Below are positions 1-9,955 of a stretch of 52,103 nt of DNA, in pieces (positions within the stretch are counted from its first letter, which is position 1; each line of letters begins with the position of its first letter). The stretch comes from a bacterium. GTDB lineage: Bacteria > Patescibacteriota > Saccharimonadia > Saccharimonadales > JAUPVS01. The DNA lies in assembly GCA_029780855.1 (NCBI GenBank), contig JAKOXV010000018.1:1-52103 (forward strand), given 5' to 3'. A program made the translations under genes and the position numbers. Under the pieces are notes generated by a model. That model was given only the letters and a program-made list of their open reading frames with translations. It was not told the origin of the DNA and ran no database searches.

Positions 1-257
1 GATTGGCCCTTGTACGATCGAGGTAACGCTCGAAGAATTCCATGATTCTGATTAGTAAGAGGGAACGATACAACAATAACTTCCTGAACATGCATCGTAG
101 GCACCCTCTCTGAAGTTCTGCCTAAAGTGTAATCGGCGGTAAAAGATTGTATAGTAAAATTCTGTGTCTGCGCTTTTACATGAGATACCGCACCCAATAA
201 AGGCACTATGAAGCTGCACATAAGAGCAAGAAGGGATATTTTTTTAATAATTCTCAT
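1..257 (-). CDS. DUF2207-like secreted/membrane protein, N-terminal part only (gene runs off the left edge)
   Basis: Reverse-strand ATG at 257..255 gives MRIIKKISLLALMCSFIVPLLGAVSHVKA (signal-peptide-like). It continues ...VQEVIVVSFPLTNQNHGILRALPRSYKG, an HGI-R-x-P pattern I associate with DUF2207 N-termini. The frame is open to position 1. It is absent from the ORF track because there is no stop in the window. Confidence 0.5.
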   Translation of the reverse strand, partial: MRIIKKISLLALMCSFIVPLLGAVSHVKAQTQNFTIQSFTADYTLGRTSERVPTMHVQEVIVVSFPLTNQNHGILRALPRSYKGQ

Positions 258-356
258 AACTACAAGCATTATACCGAATATAAAAGTGTTGGTCGGCTTT
301 TTATAATAGGAATATATACTAGGCGCAGACTTACCTGACGTACTATACTTACTGCT

Positions 357-1067
357 ATGCAAGCTTTGCAGCCTAAAGTAATTTTGGGCGTAGCAGCCCA
401 TCCTGATGACCTTGATTTTGGCATGTCTGGAAGTATCGCCCGCTGGGTTAATGAGGGTGCGACCGCATACTACCTCATCCTAACAAATGGGAATAAAGGC
501 TCCGAGGACCGCACTCTAAAACCGAAACAGCTACGAGAGATCCGCCGCCAGGAACAAAGAGCTGCGGCCAAGATACTCGGCGTATCGGAGGTATTCTTCT
601 GTGACTATAACGACGGCGAATTGGATTGCTGCAAACCGGTAAAAAACGATATCGCGAAAATTATACGGCAAATAAAACCGGACGTTGTGATGACCATGGA
701 TCCTACAATGGTCTACGATGCCCCAAGAGGATTCATAAACCATCCCGATCATCGCGCCGCTGGCCAGGCCACGCTTGATGCAGTGTACCCCCTCGCTAGG
801 GATCATTTGGCCTTTCCGGAGCTACTAAAGAAAGGGCTGGAACCCCATAAGGTCGGAACTGTATTACTGGTCAATTTTGACCACAGCAACTTCGCCGTCG
901 ATATTTCGGAGGTAATAGAGACTAAACTCCGCGCACTTGGAGCACATGAAAGCCAGTTCGCACATAAACAACAGACACTTGATTTGGTTAGAGATATCAA
1001 CAAACAATCTGGCAGTAAATTGAAAGTAGCCTATGCTGAGGAGTTCGTCAGAATAGACATCCAGTAA
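357..1067 (+). CDS. PIG-L/LmbE family deacetylase
   Basis: 236-aa ORF with AHPDDLDFG near the N-terminus and a later HPDH motif, typical of PIG-L family metal-dependent deacetylases. Confidence 0.85.
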   Translation: MQALQPKVILGVAAHPDDLDFGMSGSIARWVNEGATAYYLILTNGNKGSEDRTLKPKQLREIRRQEQRAAAKILGVSEVFFCDYNDGELDCCKPVKNDIAKIIRQIKPDVVMTMDPTMVYDAPRGFINHPDHRAAGQATLDAVYPLARDHLAFPELLKKGLEPHKVGTVLLVNFDHSNFAVDISEVIETKLRALGAHESQFAHKQQTLDLVRDINKQSGSKLKVAYAEEFVRIDIQ

Positions 1068-1114
1068 GGCATAAGCTGTTTGAACCGAAAGGCAATCCAG
1101 TATAAGGTAGAGGT

Positions 1115-1969
1115 ATGGAAACAATAAAAAGCGTCTGGAATACCGTCCAGCCTTACATCGACAATCCTGTAATTCATATTTTGCTCATAGTTACATTTCT
1201 ATTTATTGCCCAGAAGATTATTCGACAGTTCATACACAAGATAGTCCGCAGTATCGTCAAGTCGCATCGCTACCAGACCGTTCAAGCTGAACGGCAACGC
1301 GAGCAAACGCTCGAAGGCGTTTTTCGTGCAGCGAGTGCTGTGCTCTTGTGGATTGTAGGCATTCTTCTCGTACTAACTTCGTTAAACGTAAACGTACCCG
1401 CCTTACTCACCGGTGCCGGTGTGGTTGGAATTATCGTTGGGTTCGGCGCACAGAATTCCATAAAAGATTTTTTGGCCGGTATTTACATCATCTTAGAGAA
1501 TCAGTACCGCGTTGGTGATATCGTTACCCTTGCTGGGGTATCCGGTCAGGTAGAATCAATTTCTATCCGCATCACCCGTTTAAGAGATTTGGATGGCTAC
1601 ATGCATATAATCCCGAATGGAGAAGCAAAAGTAGTTACTAATATGTCCTTTGTATTTTCAAACGTAAATCTCAACATTGGTGTCAGTTACGACGCCGATA
1701 TCGACAAGGTTATCAAGGTAATAAACGCCGTCGGAAAAGACATAGCTCAGGATGCTACCTGGCATGAATTCATTAGTGAACCGATCGCATTTCTACGAGT
1801 CGATAGCTTTGATGATTCCGCGGTTAAAGTGAAATGCATCGGTAAAGTAGCCCCTGGTAAGCAGTGGGATGTTGCAGGCGAATTCAGGCACCGCATCAAA
1901 GATGCCTTTGACAAAAATGGTATTGAGATTCCATATCCGCAGCGCGTGGTTCACAGTGCAAAGAAATAG
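1115..1969 (+). CDS. small-conductance mechanosensitive channel (MscS family)
   Basis: 284 aa with N-terminal TM helices. Contains GAQNSIKDFLAGIYIILENQYRVGDIV followed by a beta-domain, the characteristic MscS core. Confidence 0.85.
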   Translation: METIKSVWNTVQPYIDNPVIHILLIVTFLFIAQKIIRQFIHKIVRSIVKSHRYQTVQAERQREQTLEGVFRAASAVLLWIVGILLVLTSLNVNVPALLTGAGVVGIIVGFGAQNSIKDFLAGIYIILENQYRVGDIVTLAGVSGQVESISIRITRLRDLDGYMHIIPNGEAKVVTNMSFVFSNVNLNIGVSYDADIDKVIKVINAVGKDIAQDATWHEFISEPIAFLRVDSFDDSAVKVKCIGKVAPGKQWDVAGEFRHRIKDAFDKNGIEIPYPQRVVHSAKK

Positions 1970-1971
1970 AC

Positions 1972-4476
1972 TTACAACCTAACAGCTTTGAGCTTAGTGT
2001 GGGCGTGTTCCGCAACCGTATCGAGCAGGCTGTTGATTTCAGTAGTAGTCAGCGTCCGCTCATTATGCGTAACCTGGATTCTGAAACTCATGTGCAGATT
2101 GTTTTTGTGTTCCGGATGGTAAATATCCAGAGGACTTAACGATATGACATATCCATGCTCACTCCTGGCTCGTTCTAATGACTCCCCTACAACCTGATGA
2201 AGTTCAGCATAACTGACCGTTTGTGAAATCTGAAAGCTGATGTCTTGGTGTGTCGAGGGAAATCGTGAAAGTGGACGGTACGGACGAGCACCCCGATACT
2301 GTTGTAACATCAGAACATCTAGTTCAAAACCTGCGGTGAAGGCTGGGAGCTTAAAACCTTTTCTAGTGCTCGCTCTAACTTCTCCAACTATACCGAGCAG
2401 AATGCCGTTTGCTGTCTTGATATATGCACTGCGATTTGGTTCAAACGGGGCTAAAGCCTGCTTATCAGTGTCATACTTAGGAGTATGAGTTTTGGTCAGT
2501 TCATACACCAAGTTATCGAACCCTAAGCGATGCAACAATTCATTGGCATAGTATTTAGCCCAAAAGTAGGCACTACCTTTGGGTGCCGTCTTATCGTCAG
2601 CAGCAACCACCAGAGCCAATCTTTCTTCTTCTACTGGCAGGCCGTCTTCATGAACATTGGATTTGTCATGGGCTTTATTAATTTCAAATATGGCAAAAGA
2701 TTCATGACCAGCTTTTATATTGGGATGCACCTTATCTAGCAAGCTTGGCAAAAGGCTCATGCGGTAGTACTGCAGCTCGGGACTAAGAGCATTACTCAGG
2801 CCGTAGGCAAGCTGCTTGTCTTGACCGGCACGTTCGAGGAGGTTGCCGTGCACAAAGCTATACGTTAATAGTTCGTTTGCACCGGAACGGCTCAAAATAT
2901 CACGAATATCACTCTTTAGATCAAGTAATGGGTTAGTCTGGACTGGCGCTACGCTGCGTAGCGGTAATTTTAGCGGTAGATGATCATAGCCTATTAGTCG
3001 TCCGATTTCTTCCACCACATCTTCAGGAACCTCAATGTCAGTACGCCAGAATGGCGGCATTACTTGCAGTTCATTTCGTTTATCGGTAATTTCAAATTCT
3101 ACGTTTTCTAAATGTTTTTTTATTTCATTGCCGGTTAGCTTAAGCCCAAGACGCTCATTTACAAACTGTGGCGAAACCGTTACATCGTGTTGCCGGAAAG
3201 TGTCTTCTTTAAGATCATGCACCTTCCCCGCCACTCGTCCTCCGGCGGTATCTTTTATCAGGCTCAGCGCATAGGAAAATATCCTATCGTTCTGAAGCGG
3301 GCTTTGCCCCTTGTTGTACCGAGTCACTGCATCGGTAAATAAACCGTGGGCCATACTCGTGCGCCGGATTGAGTACATGTCGAAAGTCGCGCACTCCAGA
3401 AGTACATTGGTGGTATGTTTATCAACTTCCGTAGCACTGCCACCCATGACACCGCCCACTGCGAGTAAATGTTTCGGCGTGGCAACCATGATCGCTTCTT
3501 CGCGCGGCTCAATCGATTTACCGTTTAGAAGAGCGATCTTTTCTCCTTTTTTCGGGTGTCGGAGTACTATCTTGGCCTCACGTGATCCATCGAGTTCTAG
3601 AATCTTATCATAGTCAAAGGCATGTAGCGGTTGTGCAGTCAGCATGGAGATGAAGTTAGTCACGTCAACGATATTATTTATGGGATTTATACCAACCCTA
3701 GAAAGGTATGATTGCATTTTTATGGGTGATGGCCCTACGCTCACGCCCGCTATTGGTACCATCAGGAATCGAGGCACTAGACTCGTTAGCTCATTTGATA
3801 CGCGCAAGTCAAGTTCTTCACCCTGGGAAACCACCGCTCTAGCGTTCTTATACCATTCAGGGGACTTAAAGGCTATGTTTTGAATACCGGCTAGCTCACG
3901 AGCAATCCCCAAAATACCAAATAGATCTGGACGATGCGTAAACATCTTATTTTCGATCTCAATAATCGTATCGTCTAGGTCATACACCTCACTCAGTGCC
4001 GTTCCAGCGCTAACTTTATCGCTGATTTCTAAGATTCCATCATGGTCATCGTTAATCGCCAGTTCCTTACCGCTTGCGAGCATGCCGTTACTCATCACTC
4101 CACGAATCTCACGGGCCTCTAGAGTAAACCGTTCTGTATCCCAGGAACTCGGAACTACACAATGTGGCGGAATCCAGGCGACCAGCATGCCTTTTTTTAC
4201 GTTAGGAGCACCACATACTACCTGTACATTTCCATTACCGTCACGAGAAATCCCTTTCGTAACGCCACCGTCGTCAATATTGCAGACATGTAAACGATCG
4301 GCGTTAGGATGGTCCTGCACATCGAGAACTTTTGCTACGACAATCCCCTCGTAACGTTCACCAAGATTGAGTACTTCTTCGACTTCGCCTAGTTGCGCTC
4401 CAATCGCCGATACAAGCTCCTCGGTAGAGAGCTTGATGTCAGTGAATTCCTTGACCCAGTTAACGCTTACTTTCAT
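1972..4476 (-). CDS. pheT: phenylalanine--tRNA ligase beta subunit
   Basis: 834 aa. Has an N-terminal tRNA-binding domain (MKVSVNWVKEF...), B3/4 and B5 regions and a C-terminal anticodon-binding-like domain. It lies immediately downstream of pheS. Confidence 0.95.
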   Translation of the reverse strand: MKVSVNWVKEFTDIKLSTEELVSAIGAQLGEVEEVLNLGERYEGIVVAKVLDVQDHPNADRLHVCNIDDGGVTKGISRDGNGNVQVVCGAPNVKKGMLVAWIPPHCVVPSSWDTERFTLEAREIRGVMSNGMLASGKELAINDDHDGILEISDKVSAGTALSEVYDLDDTIIEIENKMFTHRPDLFGILGIARELAGIQNIAFKSPEWYKNARAVVSQGEELDLRVSNELTSLVPRFLMVPIAGVSVGPSPIKMQSYLSRVGINPINNIVDVTNFISMLTAQPLHAFDYDKILELDGSREAKIVLRHPKKGEKIALLNGKSIEPREEAIMVATPKHLLAVGGVMGGSATEVDKHTTNVLLECATFDMYSIRRTSMAHGLFTDAVTRYNKGQSPLQNDRIFSYALSLIKDTAGGRVAGKVHDLKEDTFRQHDVTVSPQFVNERLGLKLTGNEIKKHLENVEFEITDKRNELQVMPPFWRTDIEVPEDVVEEIGRLIGYDHLPLKLPLRSVAPVQTNPLLDLKSDIRDILSRSGANELLTYSFVHGNLLERAGQDKQLAYGLSNALSPELQYYRMSLLPSLLDKVHPNIKAGHESFAIFEINKAHDKSNVHEDGLPVEEERLALVVAADDKTAPKGSAYFWAKYYANELLHRLGFDNLVYELTKTHTPKYDTDKQALAPFEPNRSAYIKTANGILLGIVGEVRASTRKGFKLPAFTAGFELDVLMLQQYRGARPYRPLSRFPSTHQDISFQISQTVSYAELHQVVGESLERARSEHGYVISLSPLDIYHPEHKNNLHMSFRIQVTHNERTLTTTEINSLLDTVAEHAHTKLKAVRL

Positions 4477-5511
4477 CTAAAATTGCCTCAAAAACTCAAG
4501 TTTACCCGACTCAAAATGACGTACATCTTCAATATTTTGTTTCATCATAACCATACGATCTATGCCCATACCCCAGGCAAAACCGGTGTATTTTTCAGGA
4601 TCGATCCCAGCCATTTTTAGTACATTCGGGTGAATTAATCCGCAGCCAAGCAATTCGATCCATCCCGATTGACTACACACGCTACAACCTTGTTTTTTAC
4701 AGAATGGGCAGCTGATTGCAAACTCAAAGCTAGGCTCTGTAAATGGGAAATAGTACGGTTGCGTTTTTACCTCTAGCTGTTGCGAGAAGTACGTTTCCAA
4801 AAAGGTTTTTAACGTAGCTATCAAATTACCGACGGTTACACCTTCGTCTACATACACCCCTTCAAGTTGATAAAAAGTATGCTCGTGCCGGGCATCTAGA
4901 TCTTCATTGCGAAACACCCTACCCGGTATTACTACACTGATCGCCTCACCCTTTTCAAGGTTTGCTTTATATGTTGAAAGTACGCGGTTTTGCATCGTAC
5001 TAGTGTGAGCTGGTGCTACCAACCCTTCGCTTGTCATAAAGGTGTCATAGTCATCCCGAGCCGGATGACCCTCTGGAAAGTTCAGGGTTTCAAACATATG
5101 ATAATCGTCATCAAGTTGACGCGACTCAACTGCAGTAAAGCCCATTCTATAAAATATAGCCAAGACCCGCTCCAGCTCACTCATTAAAGGATGCTTACTG
5201 CCAAACTTACTACTGAGTAATCGTGGTCGCTCAGCTTTCGGGATATTACGGTCAAATGGCGCGGTGACGTCTATTGGTTCTGCCGCCTCTTGCTCGTCTT
5301 GAGCCTGATCAACTAATTTCTGTAAGTAGTCCTTAAGTACATTTATTTCTTTGCCAAAATCTGCTCGTTTTTCTTCTGGTAACGTCGGTATTTCGGCATA
5401 TAGTGCACGTAATTCGGTTGCCCGTAGGATACTGGACTTGTCGTCTAACGTCTTAATCCGCTTCTCGAGTTCAGCTGCAACATCGGCGATCTTTTTATTA
5501 CTATAAGTCAT
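4477..5511 (-). CDS. pheS: phenylalanine--tRNA ligase alpha subunit
   Basis: 344 aa with class II aaRS motifs (FPEGHPARD, RVFRNE...HEHTFYQLEG, GFAWGMGIDRMVM). Its stop abuts the pheT start. Confidence 0.95.
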   Translation of the reverse strand: MTYSNKKIADVAAELEKRIKTLDDKSSILRATELRALYAEIPTLPEEKRADFGKEINVLKDYLQKLVDQAQDEQEAAEPIDVTAPFDRNIPKAERPRLLSSKFGSKHPLMSELERVLAIFYRMGFTAVESRQLDDDYHMFETLNFPEGHPARDDYDTFMTSEGLVAPAHTSTMQNRVLSTYKANLEKGEAISVVIPGRVFRNEDLDARHEHTFYQLEGVYVDEGVTVGNLIATLKTFLETYFSQQLEVKTQPYYFPFTEPSFEFAISCPFCKKQGCSVCSQSGWIELLGCGLIHPNVLKMAGIDPEKYTGFAWGMGIDRMVMMKQNIEDVRHFESGKLEFLRQF

Positions 5512-5608
5512 GCTGTGAGTAGTATATCACCGATGTTAGAGAAGCTAAAATAGATTGACCACACCAGCACATCTGGACAGTAATCAAAAGAGATGCCAGA
5601 CTTAGAGC

Positions 5609-6106
5609 ATGGCACAATTTAGTTTTGATATCGTTTCAGAGTATGACAAAGCAGAGATGAATAACGTGTTTGATCAAGTCCAGAGAGAAATCACCAATCG
5701 GTACGACTTCAAGGGAACCCCAGCAGCCATTGCATGGCTCAATGATGACAAGACAGGTTTTAAAGTCACCGGCAACAGTGATTATCAGATTGACGCAATC
5801 CTAGATATCATTCGTAAGAAGTTAGCAGCCAGAGAACAAAGTCAGAAAGTACTCGATACCAGTAAAGAACCTACTGCCTCCAATCTACAGACATCACAGG
5901 AAGTGCCCTTTAAGCAAGGCCTAGATCAGGATAAGTGCAAGAAAATAACCAAGCTAGTACGTGACGAAATGCCAAAGGTTAAAACCCAGATTCAAGGGGA
6001 TACGGTTAGAGTAATGAGCAGCAGCAAGGATGATTTGCAATCTGTCATGGACCTTATTCGAACGCAGGATTACGACTTCCCGGTAAGCTTTACCAATTAC
6101 CGATAG
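5609..6106 (+). CDS. YajQ family (UPF0234) nucleotide/c-di-GMP-binding protein
   Basis: 165 aa starting MAQFSFDIVSEYDKAEMNNVFDQVQREITNRYDFKG, a typical YajQ N-terminus and length. Confidence 0.8.
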   Translation: MAQFSFDIVSEYDKAEMNNVFDQVQREITNRYDFKGTPAAIAWLNDDKTGFKVTGNSDYQIDAILDIIRKKLAAREQSQKVLDTSKEPTASNLQTSQEVPFKQGLDQDKCKKITKLVRDEMPKVKTQIQGDTVRVMSSSKDDLQSVMDLIRTQDYDFPVSFTNYR

Positions 6107-6131
6107 CCTTTCCGAGTGCTACAGTGTAGAT

Positions 6132-7499
6132 ATGGATTCACTAGAAGCTATTCAAGACCGTAGCGAGGCGGTACTTGCCCATAACCGACTTCACGGCGTT
6201 ACCGTCCCAAACCGCGACATTTTCCCCAAGCAATTCTCCTGGGATACTGCTATTATCGCCGAGGGCATAGCTACGTTAGACCCATATCAGGCTGCACACG
6301 AAATCCAAACTATGCTTTCTAGTATGTGGCGCAACGGCATGCTACCAAATGAGGCACGAATATCCGACGAACCAGACGTATCAGAAAAATACATTTTTAG
6401 AACCGCTAAACATCCCCAGAAGCCAAAGGGCTACCAAACCAGCGGCATCGTTCAACCTCCTTTACTTACCGCAGCCGCATTAGAAGTGGGAAAACGCCTA
6501 CCTACACAGGACCGAATTGAGTTTTATAAATCGATCTTTCACCCCCTAAAAAAACATCACCAGTACCTGTTAAATCAGCGAGTAGTTAACGACGATGGAC
6601 TAGTAGCGCTCATGCATCCTTATGAAAGTGGTATGGATAATACGCCACCTTGGCGAGAAACCCTCTTCATTGCATATTCAGCACAACATGAAACCGCTTG
6701 GGGGGCGCTAAAGGAACAGCTTGGAAAATTCGCCATCTCCGGGTACCGGCATTTCCTTGGTGATCTCAAGGAAATCTCCATACAAGAGCGTTCAGACAAT
6801 GACGATGTGATAACCAGCTTCTATCAAACACGCAAGATAAGCGGCTACGGGTACGATATGGCGAAGATTATAGAAGACCCCGCTATTCCACTCATTGAGG
6901 ATGTGGGATTTAATGCCGTGCTCGACGCAGCCAATAGCGCTTTAGTAGAAATATCAGACGACTTATTTGATCCTCTGTTCCAGATCGACATAGACTTACG
7001 CATCAAAATGGCACGATTGCACACAGCTATAGAAACCAAACTTTGGCATGAAGATCCCCAAAAACCCCATGAGTCCGGATACTACAGCCGTGACGCCCGA
7101 ACTGGTCAATTGATACTTCTACCAACTATCGCCAGTCTATACCCGCTTGCCACAGATATTGCCGAAGACAGACAAAAACACTTACTTGGCACGCTGAGCG
7201 ACATCAACAAGTTCAACACAAAAAATCCGTTCCCGTCAGTTCCTATTGATTCTGATCATTTTCATCCGACCGCCTACTGGCGAGGTGTCGCGTGGCCCTT
7301 TCCCCGTTACATAATTGAAAAAGGTCTGATGCGAATCGATCATATCGACCTAGCTCAAGAAATAGGTTTAAGAATCCTCGGCCGATCTGCAGAGAAAGAA
7401 AAGTCAGAATATGAAAATCCACTCAGCGGAACACCACTAGGCTGCCGAAACTTTTCACCAACAGCTGCGCTCGATCTGCTTTTATGTGAAATCCTGTAA
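6132..7499 (+). CDS. (alpha/alpha)6-barrel glycoside hydrolase, GH63/MGH1-like (glucosylglycerate/mannosylglycerate hydrolase-like), divergent paralog
   Basis: 455 aa with FPKQFSWDTAIIA, SGIVQPPLL, HPYESGMDNTPPW and EYENPLSG...FSPTAAL. It is collinear with the neighbouring paralog. The conserved GPxWxNxNW block is replaced by GVAWPFPRY. Confidence 0.6.
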   Translation: MDSLEAIQDRSEAVLAHNRLHGVTVPNRDIFPKQFSWDTAIIAEGIATLDPYQAAHEIQTMLSSMWRNGMLPNEARISDEPDVSEKYIFRTAKHPQKPKGYQTSGIVQPPLLTAAALEVGKRLPTQDRIEFYKSIFHPLKKHHQYLLNQRVVNDDGLVALMHPYESGMDNTPPWRETLFIAYSAQHETAWGALKEQLGKFAISGYRHFLGDLKEISIQERSDNDDVITSFYQTRKISGYGYDMAKIIEDPAIPLIEDVGFNAVLDAANSALVEISDDLFDPLFQIDIDLRIKMARLHTAIETKLWHEDPQKPHESGYYSRDARTGQLILLPTIASLYPLATDIAEDRQKHLLGTLSDINKFNTKNPFPSVPIDSDHFHPTAYWRGVAWPFPRYIIEKGLMRIDHIDLAQEIGLRILGRSAEKEKSEYENPLSGTPLGCRNFSPTAALDLLLCEIL

Positions 7500-7523
7500 G
7501 CAAAACCGGTATACTATGGAGTA

Positions 7524-8843
7524 ATGGATACCGCCGATTTAACTGAACAGGCAAAAACGGTTCTCGCCAATAACGATAAAGACGGTAAATACACCATCCC
7601 GGCTGCAGGACTTTACCCACATCAGTGGCTCTGGGATAGCTGTTTTATTGCTATTGGTATGAGTCATTTCGATGTAGACCGTGCAAAAACTGAAATTCTC
7701 AGCCTTATGCGGGGCCAGTGGGCCAATGGCATGATGCCACACATGATATTCAGCAATGACCTTGCCCACCGCCAAGATAGCAATATATGGCGCAGCTGGG
7801 TAAATCCTTTTGCTCCTGATGATGTAAAGACAAGCGGTATTACCCAGCCTCCCCTGCTCGCCGAAGCGATAGTTAAGATCGGAAAAAAACTAAGCCTGCC
7901 AGAACGACGGAGCTGGTACCAAACCGTGTACCCGGCCCTGATCGCCTACCATCAGTGGCTATATACAGAACGTGACCCCCATAATGAAGGTTTAGTGTTA
8001 CAAATACACCCTTGGGAAACAGGGCTAGACAACACGCCCTCGTGGATGTACGAACTCCATGAACACCAACTTAGCTGGTGGATACATGCCATCGGCGCCC
8101 TGCATTTAGAGCCTGTAATTAACCTATTCCGTCGAGATACTCGCTTCGTCCCACCAGAACAACGACTTTCTGCCGTAGATGCACTGGCATTGTTCAGTGT
8201 CCAGAGACGGCTCCGTCGCAAGGGATACAACATTCAGCGGATACTTACGCACTCTCTATTTGCGATTGAGGATGCCGGCTACAATGCCATACTTATCCGG
8301 GCCAACACTCATCTAAAAAACATCGCTAAGGCAATCGGGAAAAAAGTGCCACAAGATCTCGCTGACAGCATGAAAAAAACCGAGGAGGCTTACGAACAGC
8401 TTTGGGACGCCTACGCCAATCAGTATTTCTCACGTAATTTTGTAACCCATAAACCAATCAAAGTTCCCACAATCGCCACCTTACTACCACTATATGGCGG
8501 CAAAATAACCAAAGAGCGTGCCGAACAGCTCGTTCAGCACCTCCTAAAAGCTAGTGAATATAAATCATCTTTTCCGATTCCTAGCGTACCACTCAGCTCA
8601 GAGTGGTTTAATGAATTCGATTACTGGCAAGGTCCATCCTGGGTTAATACCAACTGGTTGGTCATCCAAGGATTGCGACACTATGGATACGATGATCTGG
8701 CGGATTCCATAACCAAAACTACTCTTGATATGGTTTCAAAATCAGGCTTTTATGAATACTTTTCACCACTTTCCGGGGAACCCGCCGGTATTCCGCACTT
8801 CTCCTGGACCGCCGCACTAACTATTGATCTACTACAAAAATAG
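7524..8843 (+). CDS. (alpha/alpha)6-barrel glycoside hydrolase, GH63/MGH1-like (glucosylglycerate/mannosylglycerate hydrolase-like)
   Basis: 439 aa with YPHQWLWDSCFIAIG, WANGMMPHMIF, SGITQPPLLA, HPWETGLDNTPSW, YWQGPSWVNTNWLV and FSWTAAL. I recognise these as MGH1-like/GH63 motifs from memory. Confidence 0.65.
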   Translation: MDTADLTEQAKTVLANNDKDGKYTIPAAGLYPHQWLWDSCFIAIGMSHFDVDRAKTEILSLMRGQWANGMMPHMIFSNDLAHRQDSNIWRSWVNPFAPDDVKTSGITQPPLLAEAIVKIGKKLSLPERRSWYQTVYPALIAYHQWLYTERDPHNEGLVLQIHPWETGLDNTPSWMYELHEHQLSWWIHAIGALHLEPVINLFRRDTRFVPPEQRLSAVDALALFSVQRRLRRKGYNIQRILTHSLFAIEDAGYNAILIRANTHLKNIAKAIGKKVPQDLADSMKKTEEAYEQLWDAYANQYFSRNFVTHKPIKVPTIATLLPLYGGKITKERAEQLVQHLLKASEYKSSFPIPSVPLSSEWFNEFDYWQGPSWVNTNWLVIQGLRHYGYDDLADSITKTTLDMVSKSGFYEYFSPLSGEPAGIPHFSWTAALTIDLLQK

Positions 8844-8844
8844 C

Positions 8845-9918
8845 TTACTCATCGGTGAGGGGCCGTTCAATCAAGAGCGGCTCCACTCCTGCGCTCTTAT
8901 CCGAAATCCTTACGATATCCTTATCTATCTTTTTCAATTCTTTATGAGCGGTATTGTAGTGATTAACCGTAGTTCCCAGACTATTACCCAGTTTCTGCAT
9001 ATAGGCATCGTAAGACTGAATATGCCGCCCAAGTTCGCCAACCCGTTTTTGAATATCCTTAGCCTGCTCCTCAATCTGTAGGCTCCGTAATCCCTGTAGT
9101 ACTGTCTGGAGATACGCCATAAAGCTCGTAGGCCCAACGATTATGACGTGCTTTTCCTGGAATGCGTATTCAATCAAATCGCGTGAATTTGTAGCGGTCG
9201 TACCTACTTTGTTAATCAACAAGTCATAGAACAGCGATTCACTCGGAATAAACATAAACGCAAAGTCCATGGTGTTTTCGCTTGGTCTGATGTATTTACT
9301 CGTTTCATCGATTCGATTTTTCAGATCCGATTTAAATTTACGGACCAACGCCTCTTTTGTTGCTTTATCAGCCTCTTCTATAATTCGATTATAGTTTTCT
9401 AGACTGAACTTACTATCAACTGGAAGGACTTTTTCTTTTTCAAGGAAAATTGCAGCATCGACAATTTCGCCATCTTTAAACTTATGTTGCATAGCAAAAC
9501 GCCCCGGTGGCAACACGTTTTCTAGAACGCTTTGGAGGTAATATTCACCCACTACTCCTCGCTGCTTGGGATTTTGCAGCACGTTCTGTAAAGTTTTTAG
9601 CTCAGTGGCGATATCTCCAACCTGACGATTAGTTTTATCAAGTTCAGTTAGCTTTTGGGTAACGTCACGGATAATTTTGGCACTTGTAGCAAATTGTTGG
9701 GTCATCTGCTCTTGGCTCTTATCAAGCCGCTCCGTCAAATGACTCTTTAGCCCATCGTTTAGCTTCTGCATGCCTTCTGTTAGCGTTGCCATGTCTTGTT
9801 TCAGTAGTGCAGAAGATGATTCGTCCTTTAGCTCTCGCATCTTCATGCTCAAATAAAAGATGGTAGCCGCAAAACCGGCTACGATCACTGCAATTACCCC
9901 CACATATACACTCTCCAT
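8845..9918 (-). CDS. rmuC: DNA recombination protein RmuC
   Basis: N-terminal TM helix, long coiled coil, then a RmuC nuclease-like C-terminal region (FMFIPSESLFYD...). I trimmed the start to MESVYVG (9918) because TACAAT lies 6 nt upstream of that ATG. Confidence 0.8.
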   Translation of the reverse strand: MESVYVGVIAVIVAGFAATIFYLSMKMRELKDESSSALLKQDMATLTEGMQKLNDGLKSHLTERLDKSQEQMTQQFATSAKIIRDVTQKLTELDKTNRQVGDIATELKTLQNVLQNPKQRGVVGEYYLQSVLENVLPPGRFAMQHKFKDGEIVDAAIFLEKEKVLPVDSKFSLENYNRIIEEADKATKEALVRKFKSDLKNRIDETSKYIRPSENTMDFAFMFIPSESLFYDLLINKVGTTATNSRDLIEYAFQEKHVIIVGPTSFMAYLQTVLQGLRSLQIEEQAKDIQKRVGELGRHIQSYDAYMQKLGNSLGTTVNHYNTAHKELKKIDKDIVRISDKSAGVEPLLIERPLTDE

Positions 9919-9955
9919 ACTTCTATTGTACCCCAAGAAAAGATGTTTATGCTAG

